From an uncultured Bacilli bacterium (GTDB taxonomy: Bacteria > Bacillota_I > Bacilli_A > Izemoplasmatales > UBA1188): DNA of 64,000 nt. Both the position numbers and the translations under genes were made by a program. Within the stretch, counting starts at the first letter, position 1. Each line of letters opens with the position of its first letter. The notes beneath the pieces were generated by a model. That model did not search any database. It saw only the letters and a list, made by a program, of their open reading frames with translations, and had not been told where the DNA came from. Shown piece by piece: positions 29,747 to 40,766 of the stretch. The DNA lies in contig CAJOMC010000001.1 in assembly GCA_905235635.1 (NCBI GenBank), forward strand, positions 22,948 to 86,947. The letters are read 5' to 3'.

Positions 29747-31933
29747 ATGGATGCATTATTTTTAACCCTATATGATAAATTTAAAGGGTATATCACAAAT
29801 GAGGATACAAGGCATAGGATAGAAAAGGCCTATATTTTTGCACGTGATGCTCATAAGGGTCAAACCAGAGCATCAGGTGAAGAATATATTATTCATCCTG
29901 TCGCTGTCGCAAAAACATTATGTGATTATTATGCTGATCCAGAAACTATCGAAGCTGCACTTTTACATGATGTAATAGAAGATACTGATAAAACTTTTGA
30001 AGATATTAGAAAGAATTTTTCTATTGGAGTTGCAAATCTTGTAGAAGGATTAACCAAGATTGAAAAGCATCAATATACAGATGAGTTAAACAAGGGAATG
30101 GCTAATTTTGAGGAATTCGCAAACAATTATCAAAAGATGTTATTCTCTATGAGTAAAGATATAAGAATTATTTGGATAAAATTATCTGATAGGTTAAATA
30201 ATATGCAAACGCTTGATTATTTGCCTATAGAAAAACAGGCAAGAATTGCAAATGAAACAATTAAGGTTTATGCACCAATTGCGCATAAACTAGGTATGAA
30301 TAGAATAAAAGCAGAGCTTGAAGATTTATCCTTTAAATATCTTTATCCTGATGAGTATGAAGACTTAGCAAAAAAACTCCAACAGACTAAGAAACAAAGA
30401 GAAAAAGATATTGAAAAGATGATTTCTAATTTAAGAAATATGATGGAATCTGAAGGCGTCAAATGTGAAATATCAGGAAGAGTTAAGAATTTATGGTCTA
30501 TAAGAAACAAAATAATAACTAAAGGAACATCTTTTGAAAATATTTATGACCTTCAAGCATTAAGAATAATAGTTGATACAGTAATGGATTGTTATAAAGC
30601 GATTGGTATAGTCCATTCTAAATACACTCCTCTACCAAAGCGTATAAAGGATTATATCGCTATGCCTAAACCAAATATGTATCAATCTCTTCACACAACT
30701 ATAGTATCTGATGGACGTCCCTATGAAATTCAAATTAGAACCCATGAAATGGATGAAATAGCTGAGGTTGGTATCGCAGCTCACTGGGCATATAAAGAAG
30801 GTATTAAACAGAATAAGAATTTTTATATAGAAACTGCATCTAAACTTAGATGGTATAGTGATCTCCAAAAGTTTACCGATAAACATTCAGATAATACTAA
30901 GGATGAGGTTACAACTTTATTTGATGAAGATGTATTAAACGCAAATGTATATGTATTCACTCCAAAGAATACAGTAATCTCATTGCCAGAAGGTTCAACT
31001 CCAATTGATTTCGCTTATAGAATTCACTCAAAAATAGGTGATAAATTCGTAGGTGCGATAGTAAACGGTAAAATTGTCCCAATGAGCTATGAGTTAAAGA
31101 CTGGTGATATCTGTGAAATTAAGACTTCTCAATCATCAATTGGCCCTAATGAAAACTGGCTAAAAATAGCGAAAACTGCATCCGCAAGGGGTAAAATTAA
31201 ACAATTCTTGAATAAGAAGAATCATGATTTACTATTTGAGGAAGGGCGCTCTCTTTTAAAAGAGGAATTAAAGGCACAAAAATGTGATATAAATATCACA
31301 GATGATTTAGTAAAAGAAAAATTCATTAAAGATAAAGGGATTAATAATCTTGAGGATTTATATATCGCAATCGCAAAGAAAGTTGTTTCAGCTCAAGCTT
31401 TTGTCCAAGCTATTAAAACTGATAACTTATCTGAAGATGAAAAACTAATTGCCCTTATAAACACAAGAAATAAGAATCAAATATATCATGATGATATTGA
31501 TATTATCGTCGAAGGATTAACTACTCCAAGTGTAAAACTATCTAAATGTTGCGAGCCAATCCCAGGTGATGAAATAATCGGTTTTGTCACAAAAGGTGTC
31601 GGTATCGCGGTACATAGAAAGAATTGTAAGAACTGTAAAGCATTTGATGAGAATAGGTTAATCAATGTTTATTGGGCTAAATCCGGTGATAAACGTTTCC
31701 CAGTAGGACTAAAGATTAATGTATTTAATAGAGATAACATTCTTGCGGATATTCTAAATACCGCAATCACATGCAATGCTAAAGTTGATAAAGTGAGCGC
31801 AAGAATTACTAATAGAGAAGAAGGCTTAATCACATTAACTATTGGCGTATATAATAAAGAGAATTTGGATGTACTCATATCTAATTTAGAAAAAATTAAA
31901 GGGGTATATCAAATTATTAGGGCATCTAGATAA
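29747..31933 (+). CDS. rel: Bifunctional (p)ppGpp synthetase/hydrolase Rel
   Basis: H.GQ.R.SGE.YI.HP, LHDVIEDT, KDYIAMPKPNMYQSLHT, EIQIRT, TGS (TPIDFAYRIH), ACT domain. Confidence 0.97.
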   Translation: MDALFLTLYDKFKGYITNEDTRHRIEKAYIFARDAHKGQTRASGEEYIIHPVAVAKTLCDYYADPETIEAALLHDVIEDTDKTFEDIRKNFSIGVANLVEGLTKIEKHQYTDELNKGMANFEEFANNYQKMLFSMSKDIRIIWIKLSDRLNNMQTLDYLPIEKQARIANETIKVYAPIAHKLGMNRIKAELEDLSFKYLYPDEYEDLAKKLQQTKKQREKDIEKMISNLRNMMESEGVKCEISGRVKNLWSIRNKIITKGTSFENIYDLQALRIIVDTVMDCYKAIGIVHSKYTPLPKRIKDYIAMPKPNMYQSLHTTIVSDGRPYEIQIRTHEMDEIAEVGIAAHWAYKEGIKQNKNFYIETASKLRWYSDLQKFTDKHSDNTKDEVTTLFDEDVLNANVYVFTPKNTVISLPEGSTPIDFAYRIHSKIGDKFVGAIVNGKIVPMSYELKTGDICEIKTSQSSIGPNENWLKIAKTASARGKIKQFLNKKNHDLLFEEGRSLLKEELKAQKCDINITDDLVKEKFIKDKGINNLEDLYIAIAKKVVSAQAFVQAIKTDNLSEDEKLIALINTRNKNQIYHDDIDIIVEGLTTPSVKLSKCCEPIPGDEIIGFVTKGVGIAVHRKNCKNCKAFDENRLINVYWAKSGDKRFPVGLKINVFNRDNILADILNTAITCNAKVDKVSARITNREEGLITLTIGVYNKENLDVLISNLEKIKGVYQIIRASR

Positions 31934-32367
31934 TGAGACTACTTATCGAAAGAGTTAAAAAGGCAAATTGTATTATAGATGGCATCTCTCATTCATCAAT
32001 TGATGAAGGTCTTTTAGTTTATGTTGCATTTACATCTTTAGATAATAAAGAATTAATAGATAAGGCAGTATCTAAGCTTATAAAACTTAGAATATTCAGT
32101 GATTCAAATGATAAAATGAACCTCTCAGTTAAAGATGTTAATGGAATGATATTAGTCATTAGTTCATTCTCTTTATATGGTGATACTAAAGGAAATAATA
32201 GACCATCTTTTACGAAGTCACTCTCATATAATGATGCATTACCATTATATAATTATTTTATTAGTAAGCTTGAAAATGAGGTTATCGCCAAAACTGGCGT
32301 TTTTGGGGCAGATATGAAAATAGAGGCCATAAATGATGGCCCTGTATCCATTATTATGGATTTATAA
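31933..32367 (+). CDS. dtd: D-aminoacyl-tRNA deacylase
   Basis: KLRIF.D...MN.S, GNNRPSF, TG.FGADM, NDGP. Confidence 0.95.
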   Translation: MRLLIERVKKANCIIDGISHSSIDEGLLVYVAFTSLDNKELIDKAVSKLIKLRIFSDSNDKMNLSVKDVNGMILVISSFSLYGDTKGNNRPSFTKSLSYNDALPLYNYFISKLENEVIAKTGVFGADMKIEAINDGPVSIIMDL

Positions 32368-32409
32368 GAATAATAATTGATTAAATTAATAAATTATTAT
32401 AAACTAATA

Positions 32410-32645
32410 ATAGCGTTGAAATAGAGGAGTAAATACTTTATATTCTTTTAAGAGAAATAGCGGTTGGTGAAAGCTATAGAATATAGGTATCGAAGGTAGC
32501 TATTGAGCTATAAATCTGAGTTTAGTAAGATTTACGGGTTTGCCCGTTATAGCTATGAATTGAGTGCACATTAATATGTGAATTAAGGTGGTACCACGAG
32601 CATTTTCGTCCTTAAACGTTTTTTTTGTTTAGGGACTTATTTTAT
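32410..32645 (+). ncRNA. T-box riboswitch (valine specifier)
   Basis: Stem I with AGAGA and GGTGnAA; specifier GTA (Val) at 32496-32498; T-box AAGGTGGTACCACG at 32585-32598; terminator gtccttaaac/gtttagggac plus U-rich tail; directly upstream of valS. Confidence 0.93.
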
Positions 32646-32663
32646 TTTTAAGGATGGTGTTCT

Positions 32664-35243
32664 ATGAAAGAAATGAAACCGAAATATGACCATTTAGAAG
32701 TTGAACAGGGTAAATATGATAAATGGTTGAAAAAAGATATATTTAAATCTGGTGTATCAAATGGACCAAAATATACAATTGTTATACCACCACCAAATGT
32801 CACAGGTATCTTACATATAGGACACGCATATGACTTTTCTCTACAAGATATTATTATTAGAAGAAAAAGAATGCAAGGCTATGATGCCCTATATTTACCT
32901 GGTATGGATCACGCAGGTATTGCAACACAAGCAAAAGTTGATAAGAGACTAAAAGATAGAGGTATAAATAAATCATTAATTGGTAGGGAAAAATTCTTAG
33001 AATATGCTTGGGAATGGAAAGAAGAATATGCTAAAACCATTAGAAAACAATGGGGTTCTTTGGGTCTTTCTCTTGATTATTCTAAAGAAAGGTTTACTCT
33101 TGATGATAATCTATCTAAAACCGTTCAAAAAGTATTTAAAGCCTTATATGATAAAGGTTTAATATATCACGGAACTAGAATGGTTATCTGGGATATAGAA
33201 GAAAATACTGCCTTATCTGATATAGAAATAGAACATATAGATACAAAAGGTTCTCTTTGGTATATTAAATACCCTTTAGTTGATGGAAGTGGTGAAATCG
33301 TTGTCGCAACGACTCGTCCTGAGACTATGTTTGCTGACCAGGCAGTTATGGTAAACCCAGAAGATGATAGATATAAATCATTTATAGGCAAAATGGTGCA
33401 TCTTCCATTAACAAATAGAGTTATTCCTATTATCGAAGATTCTTATGTTGATATATCATATGGTACTGGTGCAGTTAAAGTTACTCCAGCACACGATCCT
33501 AACGACTACGAAGTTGGATTAAGGCACAAGCTAGAGATGCCAGAATGTATAGATAAAACTGGCAAGATGACTAAACTCGCAGGTAAATACGAAGGTCTTG
33601 ATAGATTTGAATGTAGGGACAAAGCTGTAGAAGAGTTAAAAGAAAAAGGATATCTTTTAAAAATAGAAGAAATAGTACATGCAGTTGGCTTTAGTGAAAG
33701 AACTCACACTATGATTGAACCAAGAGTATCACTTCAATGGTTCGTTAAGATGAGACCACTCGCAGACCAAGCTCTTAAAAACTCTAATGTTAAATGGTGG
33801 CCTGAAAGATTTTATAACACATGGAAGACTTGGATGGATAATGTTGAAGACTGGTGTATCTCACGTCAACTTTGGTGGGGTCACAGAATTCCTGTTTATT
33901 ATAGAGGCGAGGAAGTATATTGCGGTGATAAGCCATCTGGTGATGGTTGGGTACAAGATGAAGATGTACTAGATACTTGGTTTAGTAGCGCGCTTTGGCC
34001 ATTTTCTACCCTAGATTGGTATAATAACTCAAAACTATTCAATGATAGGTATCCTACTGATTGTCTTGTAACTGGATATGATATCATCTTTTTCTGGGTA
34101 TCTAGAATGATTTTCCAATCAGAAGAGTTTACTAAAACAATTCCATTTAAAGACGTTGTTATTCACGGTCTTATAAGAGATTCTTTAGGTCGTAAGATGT
34201 CTAAATCTTTAGGCAATGGTATTGACCCAATGCAGGTTATTGAAACATTTGGTGCCGATACATTAAGATATTTTATCTCAACATCAGCTACTCTTGGCCA
34301 AGACTTAAATTATAATGAAGAAAAAGTTAAATCAACTTGGAATTACCTTAATAAGATATGGAATGTTTCAAGATACATTTTATCTATAACTCAAGACCTA
34401 GATTATAATAGGTTATCGCTAGATATGGCGAAACTCTCGATACTAGATAAATGGATGCTGACAAAGATTAATACACTTATTGAAGAGGTTGATAAGTCAT
34501 ATGAGAGATATGATTTTGTTGAAGCATCTAAAGAGATATATGATTTCTTATATGATTCTCTCGCATCTATTTATGTCGAATTATCTAAGATAGATCAAGA
34601 TAATATAGAAACTAAAAAGCTTTTAACATATTCTCTTGTTACAGTCTTAAAACTTCTTCAACCAATATGCCCATTTATTACCGATGACATATATTCAAGA
34701 ATGTATGATGAGGATATCGCTTTAGCGAAATGGCCAGAAGTCGTTTATCCTTCATTTAAGAAAGATGAAGAAGCCATGGAATTAATTATTGATTTAATTA
34801 AGAAGGTTAGAACCTTAAGAGCTGACTATAAGGTTTCATTATCTAAACCTCTTGAGATGAATATTGTTTGTTTAAAAGAGGATAATTTAGTTTTATTTAA
34901 CGAATCTAAGCCTTATCTCACTAAGTTCTTAAACCCTGAACCACTACACATTCTTAGTAACGATATAGATATTAGTGATTCATTTACTATAGTAGGTGAT
35001 TCATATAAAGTTTATATTCCTTTAAGTGGATTAATTGACAAAGACGAAAAACTTGCTAAACTAAGACAAGAATATGAGCTAAATGAAAATGAGATTAAGC
35101 GTTCAGAAACCATTCTTTCTAACCCTAACTTTACTTCAAAAGCACCAAAAGAGAAAGTTGATAAAGAGAAAGAAAAATATAAAATATATTTGAATAAAAG
35201 AGTTGAACTCTTAAATGAAATAAAGAAGACAGAATGTTTATAA
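32664..35243 (+). CDS. valS: Valine--tRNA ligase
   Basis: PPPNVTG.LHIGH (HIGH), DWCISRQLWWGHRIP, KMSKS, C-terminal coiled coil. Confidence 0.98.
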   Translation: MKEMKPKYDHLEVEQGKYDKWLKKDIFKSGVSNGPKYTIVIPPPNVTGILHIGHAYDFSLQDIIIRRKRMQGYDALYLPGMDHAGIATQAKVDKRLKDRGINKSLIGREKFLEYAWEWKEEYAKTIRKQWGSLGLSLDYSKERFTLDDNLSKTVQKVFKALYDKGLIYHGTRMVIWDIEENTALSDIEIEHIDTKGSLWYIKYPLVDGSGEIVVATTRPETMFADQAVMVNPEDDRYKSFIGKMVHLPLTNRVIPIIEDSYVDISYGTGAVKVTPAHDPNDYEVGLRHKLEMPECIDKTGKMTKLAGKYEGLDRFECRDKAVEELKEKGYLLKIEEIVHAVGFSERTHTMIEPRVSLQWFVKMRPLADQALKNSNVKWWPERFYNTWKTWMDNVEDWCISRQLWWGHRIPVYYRGEEVYCGDKPSGDGWVQDEDVLDTWFSSALWPFSTLDWYNNSKLFNDRYPTDCLVTGYDIIFFWVSRMIFQSEEFTKTIPFKDVVIHGLIRDSLGRKMSKSLGNGIDPMQVIETFGADTLRYFISTSATLGQDLNYNEEKVKSTWNYLNKIWNVSRYILSITQDLDYNRLSLDMAKLSILDKWMLTKINTLIEEVDKSYERYDFVEASKEIYDFLYDSLASIYVELSKIDQDNIETKKLLTYSLVTVLKLLQPICPFITDDIYSRMYDEDIALAKWPEVVYPSFKKDEEAMELIIDLIKKVRTLRADYKVSLSKPLEMNIVCLKEDNLVLFNESKPYLTKFLNPEPLHILSNDIDISDSFTIVGDSYKVYIPLSGLIDKDEKLAKLRQEYELNENEIKRSETILSNPNFTSKAPKEKVDKEKEKYKIYLNKRVELLNEIKKTECL

Positions 35244-36499
35244 GTTTAAATGATGCGATAGCCTGGATCGAATCCAAGAAAAGGTCTAGAAAAAGAGAAA
35301 ATTTAGATAATTATAGGGAAGCACTTAAAGAACTCGGTAATCCACACGAGTCCTTTAAGTGTATTCATATTGGTGGAACAAACGGAAAAGGCTCAACTTC
35401 GGTATATCTTTCAAGTATTATGAAAGAAAAATATGAAAAGGTAGGACTTTATATTTCACCATATGTATTATCTTTTAATGAGAGGATCCAACTAAATAAT
35501 ACACCTATCAGTAAAAGTGATTTACTGGTATATATAAACTTTATCAAATCATTTAGTGATAAGTTCGAAGAAACACATGATACTTTATCATTTTTTGATT
35601 TAATAACTCTTATTGCATTCCTTTACTTTAAAGATATGAAAGTTGATATCGCAATAATAGAGGTGGGACTAGGCGGAAGGCTTGATTCTACTAACGTTAT
35701 TAACCCACTAACTTCAATTATTACTTATATTTCAAGAGACCATTCTAAAGAACTAGGCAATACTAACGCTAAAAGAGCGATGGAAAAGCTTGGTATAGTA
35801 AAAGAAGGAATACCTCTTTTAACTTTTGAACATAAGCCAAGAATTTTAAGCATATTTAGTGAATTTTGTCGGAAAAAGAATTCAGATTTCATTCCTATAA
35901 AAAACCTTTCTAAGCCAAAAATAATAGAAAACGGAATGGAGTTTAAGTATAGAGGAAAATATTGGAAAATCCCTCTTCTTGGCGATTATCAAGTATTAAA
36001 TGCTTCTTTAGTAATTGAAACTATTAATCTATTAAACACTAGGTATGATCTTGGAATAACGGATGAAATGATAGAGAATGGTCTTTTAAAGACTAAGATG
36101 CCTTGTAGGTTTGAAGTATTTAATAAAGATGGCGTAATTATTGATGGTGCCCATAATCCAAATGCGATAAGAAATCTTTTTAGGTTCTTAAAAAAATATA
36201 CTAAAAAAGATATAATAGTCATATATGGCGCAATGAAGGATAAAGATTATGATTTAATTTTAAGAATTATATCTAGATTCACAAGTAATATTATATTCAC
36301 AAGAGTCGATTATCCACGCGCTGAAAGTGAAAACCATCTCTATCAAATTTGTAACATAGAGAACAAATGGGCATTTAGCGATATAAATAAAGCAATTAAG
36401 TTTGCGAAAAAAATCCGAAAGGATAGATTAATTATAGTGACTGGGTCACTTTATCTTGCGAGTGATGCAAGGAAGGTATTAGTAGGTGATGTATGTTAG
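35234..36499 (+). CDS. folC: Folylpolyglutamate synthase/dihydrofolate synthase
   Basis: GGTNGKGS, EVGLGGRLDSTN, DGAHNP, TGSLYL; canonical position after valS. Confidence 0.95.
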   Translation: MFISLNDAIAWIESKKRSRKRENLDNYREALKELGNPHESFKCIHIGGTNGKGSTSVYLSSIMKEKYEKVGLYISPYVLSFNERIQLNNTPISKSDLLVYINFIKSFSDKFEETHDTLSFFDLITLIAFLYFKDMKVDIAIIEVGLGGRLDSTNVINPLTSIITYISRDHSKELGNTNAKRAMEKLGIVKEGIPLLTFEHKPRILSIFSEFCRKKNSDFIPIKNLSKPKIIENGMEFKYRGKYWKIPLLGDYQVLNASLVIETINLLNTRYDLGITDEMIENGLLKTKMPCRFEVFNKDGVIIDGAHNPNAIRNLFRFLKKYTKKDIIVIYGAMKDKDYDLILRIISRFTSNIIFTRVDYPRAESENHLYQICNIENKWAFSDINKAIKFAKKIRKDRLIIVTGSLYLASDARKVLVGDVC

Positions 36500-39213
36500 A
36501 GATTAGAGGATTAACTAAAGATTATTTAGCTGGAGATAATAAAGTACATGCGCTAAAGGGAATAAGTGTTTCATTAAGAGACTCTGAATTTGTATCTATT
36601 TTAGGTCCGTCTGGATGTGGTAAAACCACAACATTAAATATTATTGGTGGTCTTGATAGATATACTAAAGGGGATTTAGTAATTAATGGTGTATCAACTA
36701 AAGAATATGATGATTCAGACTGGGATAGATATCGTAATAGAAAAGTAGGATTTGTTTTTCAATCATATAATCTAATTCCCCATCAAACGATATTATCTAA
36801 TGTTGTTCTCGCATTAACAATAGGTGGTATCGACAAAAAAGAAAGAGTCAAGCTTGCAAAAGAAGCACTTTTTAAAGTTGGTCTTGAAAATGAGATTTAT
36901 AAATACCCAAGACAACTATCTGGTGGACAGATGCAAAGAGTCGCAATCGCCAGGGCAATTGTGAATAAACCTGAAATACTTCTCGCAGATGAGCCTACAG
37001 GAGCCCTTGACTCAAATACATCAATTCAAGTATTAGATTTATTAAAAGAACTATCTTTAGACCATTTGGTTGTCATGGTTACTCATAATGCAGAACTCGC
37101 GAGAAGATATTCTACAAGAATAATAACTCTTAAAGATGGACTAATTACGGGTGATTCAAATCCATTTAACCCAACATTTAAAGAAAGAGAAATTTTAATA
37201 AAAAAACAAAGAGATAAAGAAAAAGCATATTTTGATGAAACAGGTAAGAAAGAGAAAGTTGGTATGCCTTTTAAAACATCCTTAAAACTTTCTTTATCTA
37301 ACCTTAGGAGTAAAATAGGTAGAACTATTCTCACGTGTTTCGCTGGATCAATTGGTATTATCGGTATTGCGCTTGTTATATCTTTATCAAATGGATTCCA
37401 AAAATATGTTGATAAGGTAGAGGAATCTGCACTTCAATCATATCCAGTAGCTGTAACATCATCTAATGTTGATATGTCTGCAATTATGACTTCTTTACTT
37501 AATTCAATGGTGAAGAGTGACAAAAAGGATAGTGAAAGAGAAGAAGTAATACCATCTTATGTAATGGTTGATTTACTTGGATCTCTCGCAAAAACAAGTC
37601 AATCAAATGATTTGTCGAAACTTAAATCATATATTGAAACGAACTATGATAAAATTGAACCTTATGTTACTCATATTAAATACTCCTATTCTGTGAATCT
37701 GACTGCATATGATGCATTAAGAATGGACAGCGACGGAAACTTCCTCTTAAAACAGCTTGAACCATTCACTCTACCTCAGTCTACTCCATCACTTCTTGGT
37801 GGTATCGTTGGTAGAAGCACTATGGAAACATTTATGCGTACCTATGATATATGGGGAGAGATTTATGGTGATAGTGAAAATGCAGTAAGTAAAATTATTC
37901 AAGATCAATATGATTTACTTGAAGGAAGATGGCCTACATCTAAGGATGAATTTATTTATGTCGTTGAAAATGATAAAACCATAAATGACTTCGTAATCTA
38001 TGCGACAGGCCTAACTGATGATGAAGAAGGCAAAGATATTGGAGATGAATATATTATTCAATTATTCCACTATGTAAATGGTGATGTTGATAGTGAGGGA
38101 AATAAATATACAAATCCTGCGCTTGATCCTAAATATAACGAATTATTTAAATGGTCATATGAGAAGATTGTTGACTCTGTATCATTCTATATCGTTCCTG
38201 AGTCATCTTATTTTATAGAAGATGAAGAAAAAATTGAATTAGAAGATGGTTCATTTTTAACCACATTTTCATCTATTAAAGGGAATAATGATAAAATAAA
38301 AGAACTTGTTCAAAATGAATCAAATGGTGTACTTAAGATGAAATGTGTTGGTGTTGTTATGCCTAGTTCATCAAGTGATACTCATTCAATACAAGGTACA
38401 ATAGGTTATACATCACTTCTAACTGATTATATTATTGATACTAATAATAAATCCGCTGTAGTTAGATATCAAAATGAACAAATGGATTATTGTATTAGTG
38501 ACTACACCTTAGGCTATTTAAACTTTAAGGGTAAATCATGGGAGGAAATCCATGATACTCTTAGACAATTAGGCCAACCACAGACAGTACTTGATAGATT
38601 TAGTGCAAAACAAATGCTTTCAAGCTATGGCTATGTCGATAGAAATAATCCATCTACAATATCCTTCTATCCTAAATCATTTGAGAATAAAGATGATGTC
38701 ATCAAGTTTATTGATGAATATAACTCTACAAGAGAATCAAACGATGATACTGTAGGATATAATGATTATTTAGGCGCTATAATGGGGTCAATCACAAAGA
38801 TTATTAACGCAATAACCTATGTATTAATTGCCTTTGTCTCAATCTCTCTTGTTGTATCATCAATTATGATTGCGATAATTACCTACATTTCTGTTCTAGA
38901 AAGAACAAAAGAAATAGGTATTTTAAGAGCGATGGGTGCATCTAAGAGAGACGTTAGAAACATCTTTAATGCTGAAACATTTATTACTGGCTTAATCGCA
39001 GGTCTTTTAGGTATATTAATATGCATTATATTAAATATTCCTATCTCACTAATAGTAGAAAAACTCGCAAGTATTAAGAATATCGCTACACTTCCTTGGT
39101 ATGTCGGAATTATTCTTGTCGCAATAAGCTTCCTACTTTCAGTAATTAGTGGCTTAATACCATCATCATTCGCATCAAAATGTGATCCTGTTGAAGCACT
39201 AAGAAGTGAATAA
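36493..39213 (+). CDS. MacB/FtsX-type ABC transporter, fused ATPase and permease
   Basis: [27 protein letters not shown]; permease with a large extracellular loop and [17 protein letters not shown]. Confidence 0.93.
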   Translation: MLEIRGLTKDYLAGDNKVHALKGISVSLRDSEFVSILGPSGCGKTTTLNIIGGLDRYTKGDLVINGVSTKEYDDSDWDRYRNRKVGFVFQSYNLIPHQTILSNVVLALTIGGIDKKERVKLAKEALFKVGLENEIYKYPRQLSGGQMQRVAIARAIVNKPEILLADEPTGALDSNTSIQVLDLLKELSLDHLVVMVTHNAELARRYSTRIITLKDGLITGDSNPFNPTFKEREILIKKQRDKEKAYFDETGKKEKVGMPFKTSLKLSLSNLRSKIGRTILTCFAGSIGIIGIALVISLSNGFQKYVDKVEESALQSYPVAVTSSNVDMSAIMTSLLNSMVKSDKKDSEREEVIPSYVMVDLLGSLAKTSQSNDLSKLKSYIETNYDKIEPYVTHIKYSYSVNLTAYDALRMDSDGNFLLKQLEPFTLPQSTPSLLGGIVGRSTMETFMRTYDIWGEIYGDSENAVSKIIQDQYDLLEGRWPTSKDEFIYVVENDKTINDFVIYATGLTDDEEGKDIGDEYIIQLFHYVNGDVDSEGNKYTNPALDPKYNELFKWSYEKIVDSVSFYIVPESSYFIEDEEKIELEDGSFLTTFSSIKGNNDKIKELVQNESNGVLKMKCVGVVMPSSSSDTHSIQGTIGYTSLLTDYIIDTNNKSAVVRYQNEQMDYCISDYTLGYLNFKGKSWEEIHDTLRQLGQPQTVLDRFSAKQMLSSYGYVDRNNPSTISFYPKSFENKDDVIKFIDEYNSTRESNDDTVGYNDYLGAIMGSITKIINAITYVLIAFVSISLVVSSIMIAIITYISVLERTKEIGILRAMGASKRDVRNIFNAETFITGLIAGLLGILICIILNIPISLIVEKLASIKNIATLPWYVGIILVAISFLLSVISGLIPSSFASKCDPVEALRSE

Positions 39214-39264
39214 TTATTAAAAAAATGCACCTCATAAACGTATATATAATTGAGGTGCTTTTTT

Positions 39265-39933
39265 ATGAATTATGGTCCAAGAGAAAAATTATTAAAAGAA
39301 GGTATAAATTATTTATCAGATCAAGAATTATTAGCGATATTGCTTAATACTGGTACTAAGAATCAAAATGTATTAGAATTGTCAAATATAGTATTAGAAG
39401 AGATATCAAATATATCAATTATTTCAACTCTTGATATGGAAGATTTACTAAAGATAAAAGGAATAGGATACGCAAAAGCATCTAGAATTGTCGCATCATT
39501 TGAACTATATAAAAGAATTATTAATAGATCTATTTCTACAAACCAGATATCATCACCTCAATCTATTTATAATGCTATATCTGGCAATTTCAAGGGATTA
39601 ATAATAGAAAAAGCATATGCATTATTTCTGGATAATAAAAAGAATATACTATCTATAAAGGAAGTTGGTAGGGGCATTTCAAATAAACTATTAATTGATG
39701 AAAATGAATTAATTAGAAAAGCTATTGTATTAAACGCAAGATTTGTTGCTTTAATACATAATCACCCATATGGAAGCCTAAAACCGTCAAATGAAGATTT
39801 AATAACCACAAAAGATATTGAAAATAAATTGGCTCTTTTTAATGTGATTTTATTTGATCATTTAATCTATACAGATGAAGGTTATTATTCAATCAAATAT
39901 GGTATAAAGAAAATTCTCAAAAATTCTTCATAA
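39265..39933 (+). CDS. radC: RadC family JAB-domain protein
   Basis: PREKL...LSD.ELLAILL.TG, GIG.AKA, HNHP.G...PS..D, DH; ATG 39265 follows SD GAGGTG. Confidence 0.92.
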   Translation: MNYGPREKLLKEGINYLSDQELLAILLNTGTKNQNVLELSNIVLEEISNISIISTLDMEDLLKIKGIGYAKASRIVASFELYKRIINRSISTNQISSPQSIYNAISGNFKGLIIEKAYALFLDNKKNILSIKEVGRGISNKLLIDENELIRKAIVLNARFVALIHNHPYGSLKPSNEDLITTKDIENKLALFNVILFDHLIYTDEGYYSIKYGIKKILKNSS

Positions 39934-39940
39934 ATTATAC

Positions 39941-39969
39941 TTGCGAAAATTTTAACTAATTGTTAAAAT
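39941..39969 (+). promoter_or_regulatory. Promoter of the rplU-rpmA operon
   Basis: TTGCGA-17-TAAAAT with extended TG. Confidence 0.75.
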
Positions 39970-39973
39970 AATT

Positions 39974-40050
39974 TACGTGCGTAATGTAACCGCATTGAAA
40001 AGGTCATAAATCTCATTAAATTGAGTACCTTAAAAGCGAGTCTTAACTTA
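39974..40050 (+). ncRNA. Probable L21 ribosomal-protein leader RNA
   Basis: 5' UTR of rplU containing ACCGC...GCGAGT just before the SD, as I recall for Bacillota L21 leaders; not covariance-checked. Confidence 0.55.
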
Positions 40051-40061
40051 GGAGGAATAAA

Positions 40062-40370
40062 ATGTACGCAATTATTGAAACTGGCGGAAAACAATTAAAA
40101 GTTGAAGTTGGCTCTACAATCTACGTTGAAAAATTAGATGTAGAAGAAGGCAAAAAATATACTTTTGATAAAGTTCTCGCTGTTAAAAACGAAAAACTCG
40201 TATTAGGTAGTCCTTATATTGAAGGGGCTAAAGTTGTCGCTAAGGTTGAAAAACAAGGTAGAGGCAAAAAGGTTGTTGTTTTCAAATATGAACCAAAGAA
40301 ACAACATCACAACACTAAAGGCCACAGACAAGCTTATACTAAGCTTACTGTTGAGTCTATCAGTTTATAA
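40062..40370 (+). CDS. rplU: 50S ribosomal protein bL21
   Basis: [18 protein letters not shown]. Confidence 0.98.
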   Translation: MYAIIETGGKQLKVEVGSTIYVEKLDVEEGKKYTFDKVLAVKNEKLVLGSPYIEGAKVVAKVEKQGRGKKVVVFKYEPKKQHHNTKGHRQAYTKLTVESISL

Positions 40371-40381
40371 GAGGTATAGAT

Positions 40382-40660
40382 ATGTTTAGATTATTAATCG
40401 CTCTTGCATCACATAAAGGTGTTGGTTCTACTAAGAACGGCCGTGATAGTGCTGGTAGAAGACTTGGTGCTAAATTAGGTGATGGACAATACTGTTCAGC
40501 AGGATCTATCATTTATCGTCAAAGAGGAACTAAGGTTCTTCCAGGCAATAATGTTGGAAAAGGTGGAGACGATACACTCTTCGCAAAAGTATCAGGCGTT
40601 GTAAAATACGAGAGAGTTGGAAGAACTAAGAAACAAGTATCGGTTTATCCAGTTCAATAA
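40382..40660 (+). CDS. rpmA: 50S ribosomal protein bL27 with N-terminal extension
   Basis: [34 protein letters not shown]. Confidence 0.98.
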   Translation: MFRLLIALASHKGVGSTKNGRDSAGRRLGAKLGDGQYCSAGSIIYRQRGTKVLPGNNVGKGGDDTLFAKVSGVVKYERVGRTKKQVSVYPVQ

Positions 40661-40664
40661 AACA

Positions 40665-40685
40665 AACTGCTTCGGCAGTTTTTTT
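40665..40685 (+). terminator. Intrinsic terminator after rpmA
   Basis: aactgc-ttcg-gcagtt followed by a U-run (cUUCGg loop). Confidence 0.9.
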
Positions 40686-40717
40686 ATTTCTATATTGCAT
40701 TAATTATTCCCTTAATC

Positions 40718-40764
40718 TTGAATAACTCATATTTTCAATATATAATTGAACATATGAGGTTATT
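40718..40764 (+). promoter_or_regulatory. Near-consensus promoter inside an SD-sequestering inverted repeat
   Basis: TTGAAT(40718-23)-17-TATAAT(40741-46); IR aataac-tcatat...ttcaa / ttgaa...atatgaggttatt. Confidence 0.6.
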
Positions 40765-40766
40765 AA

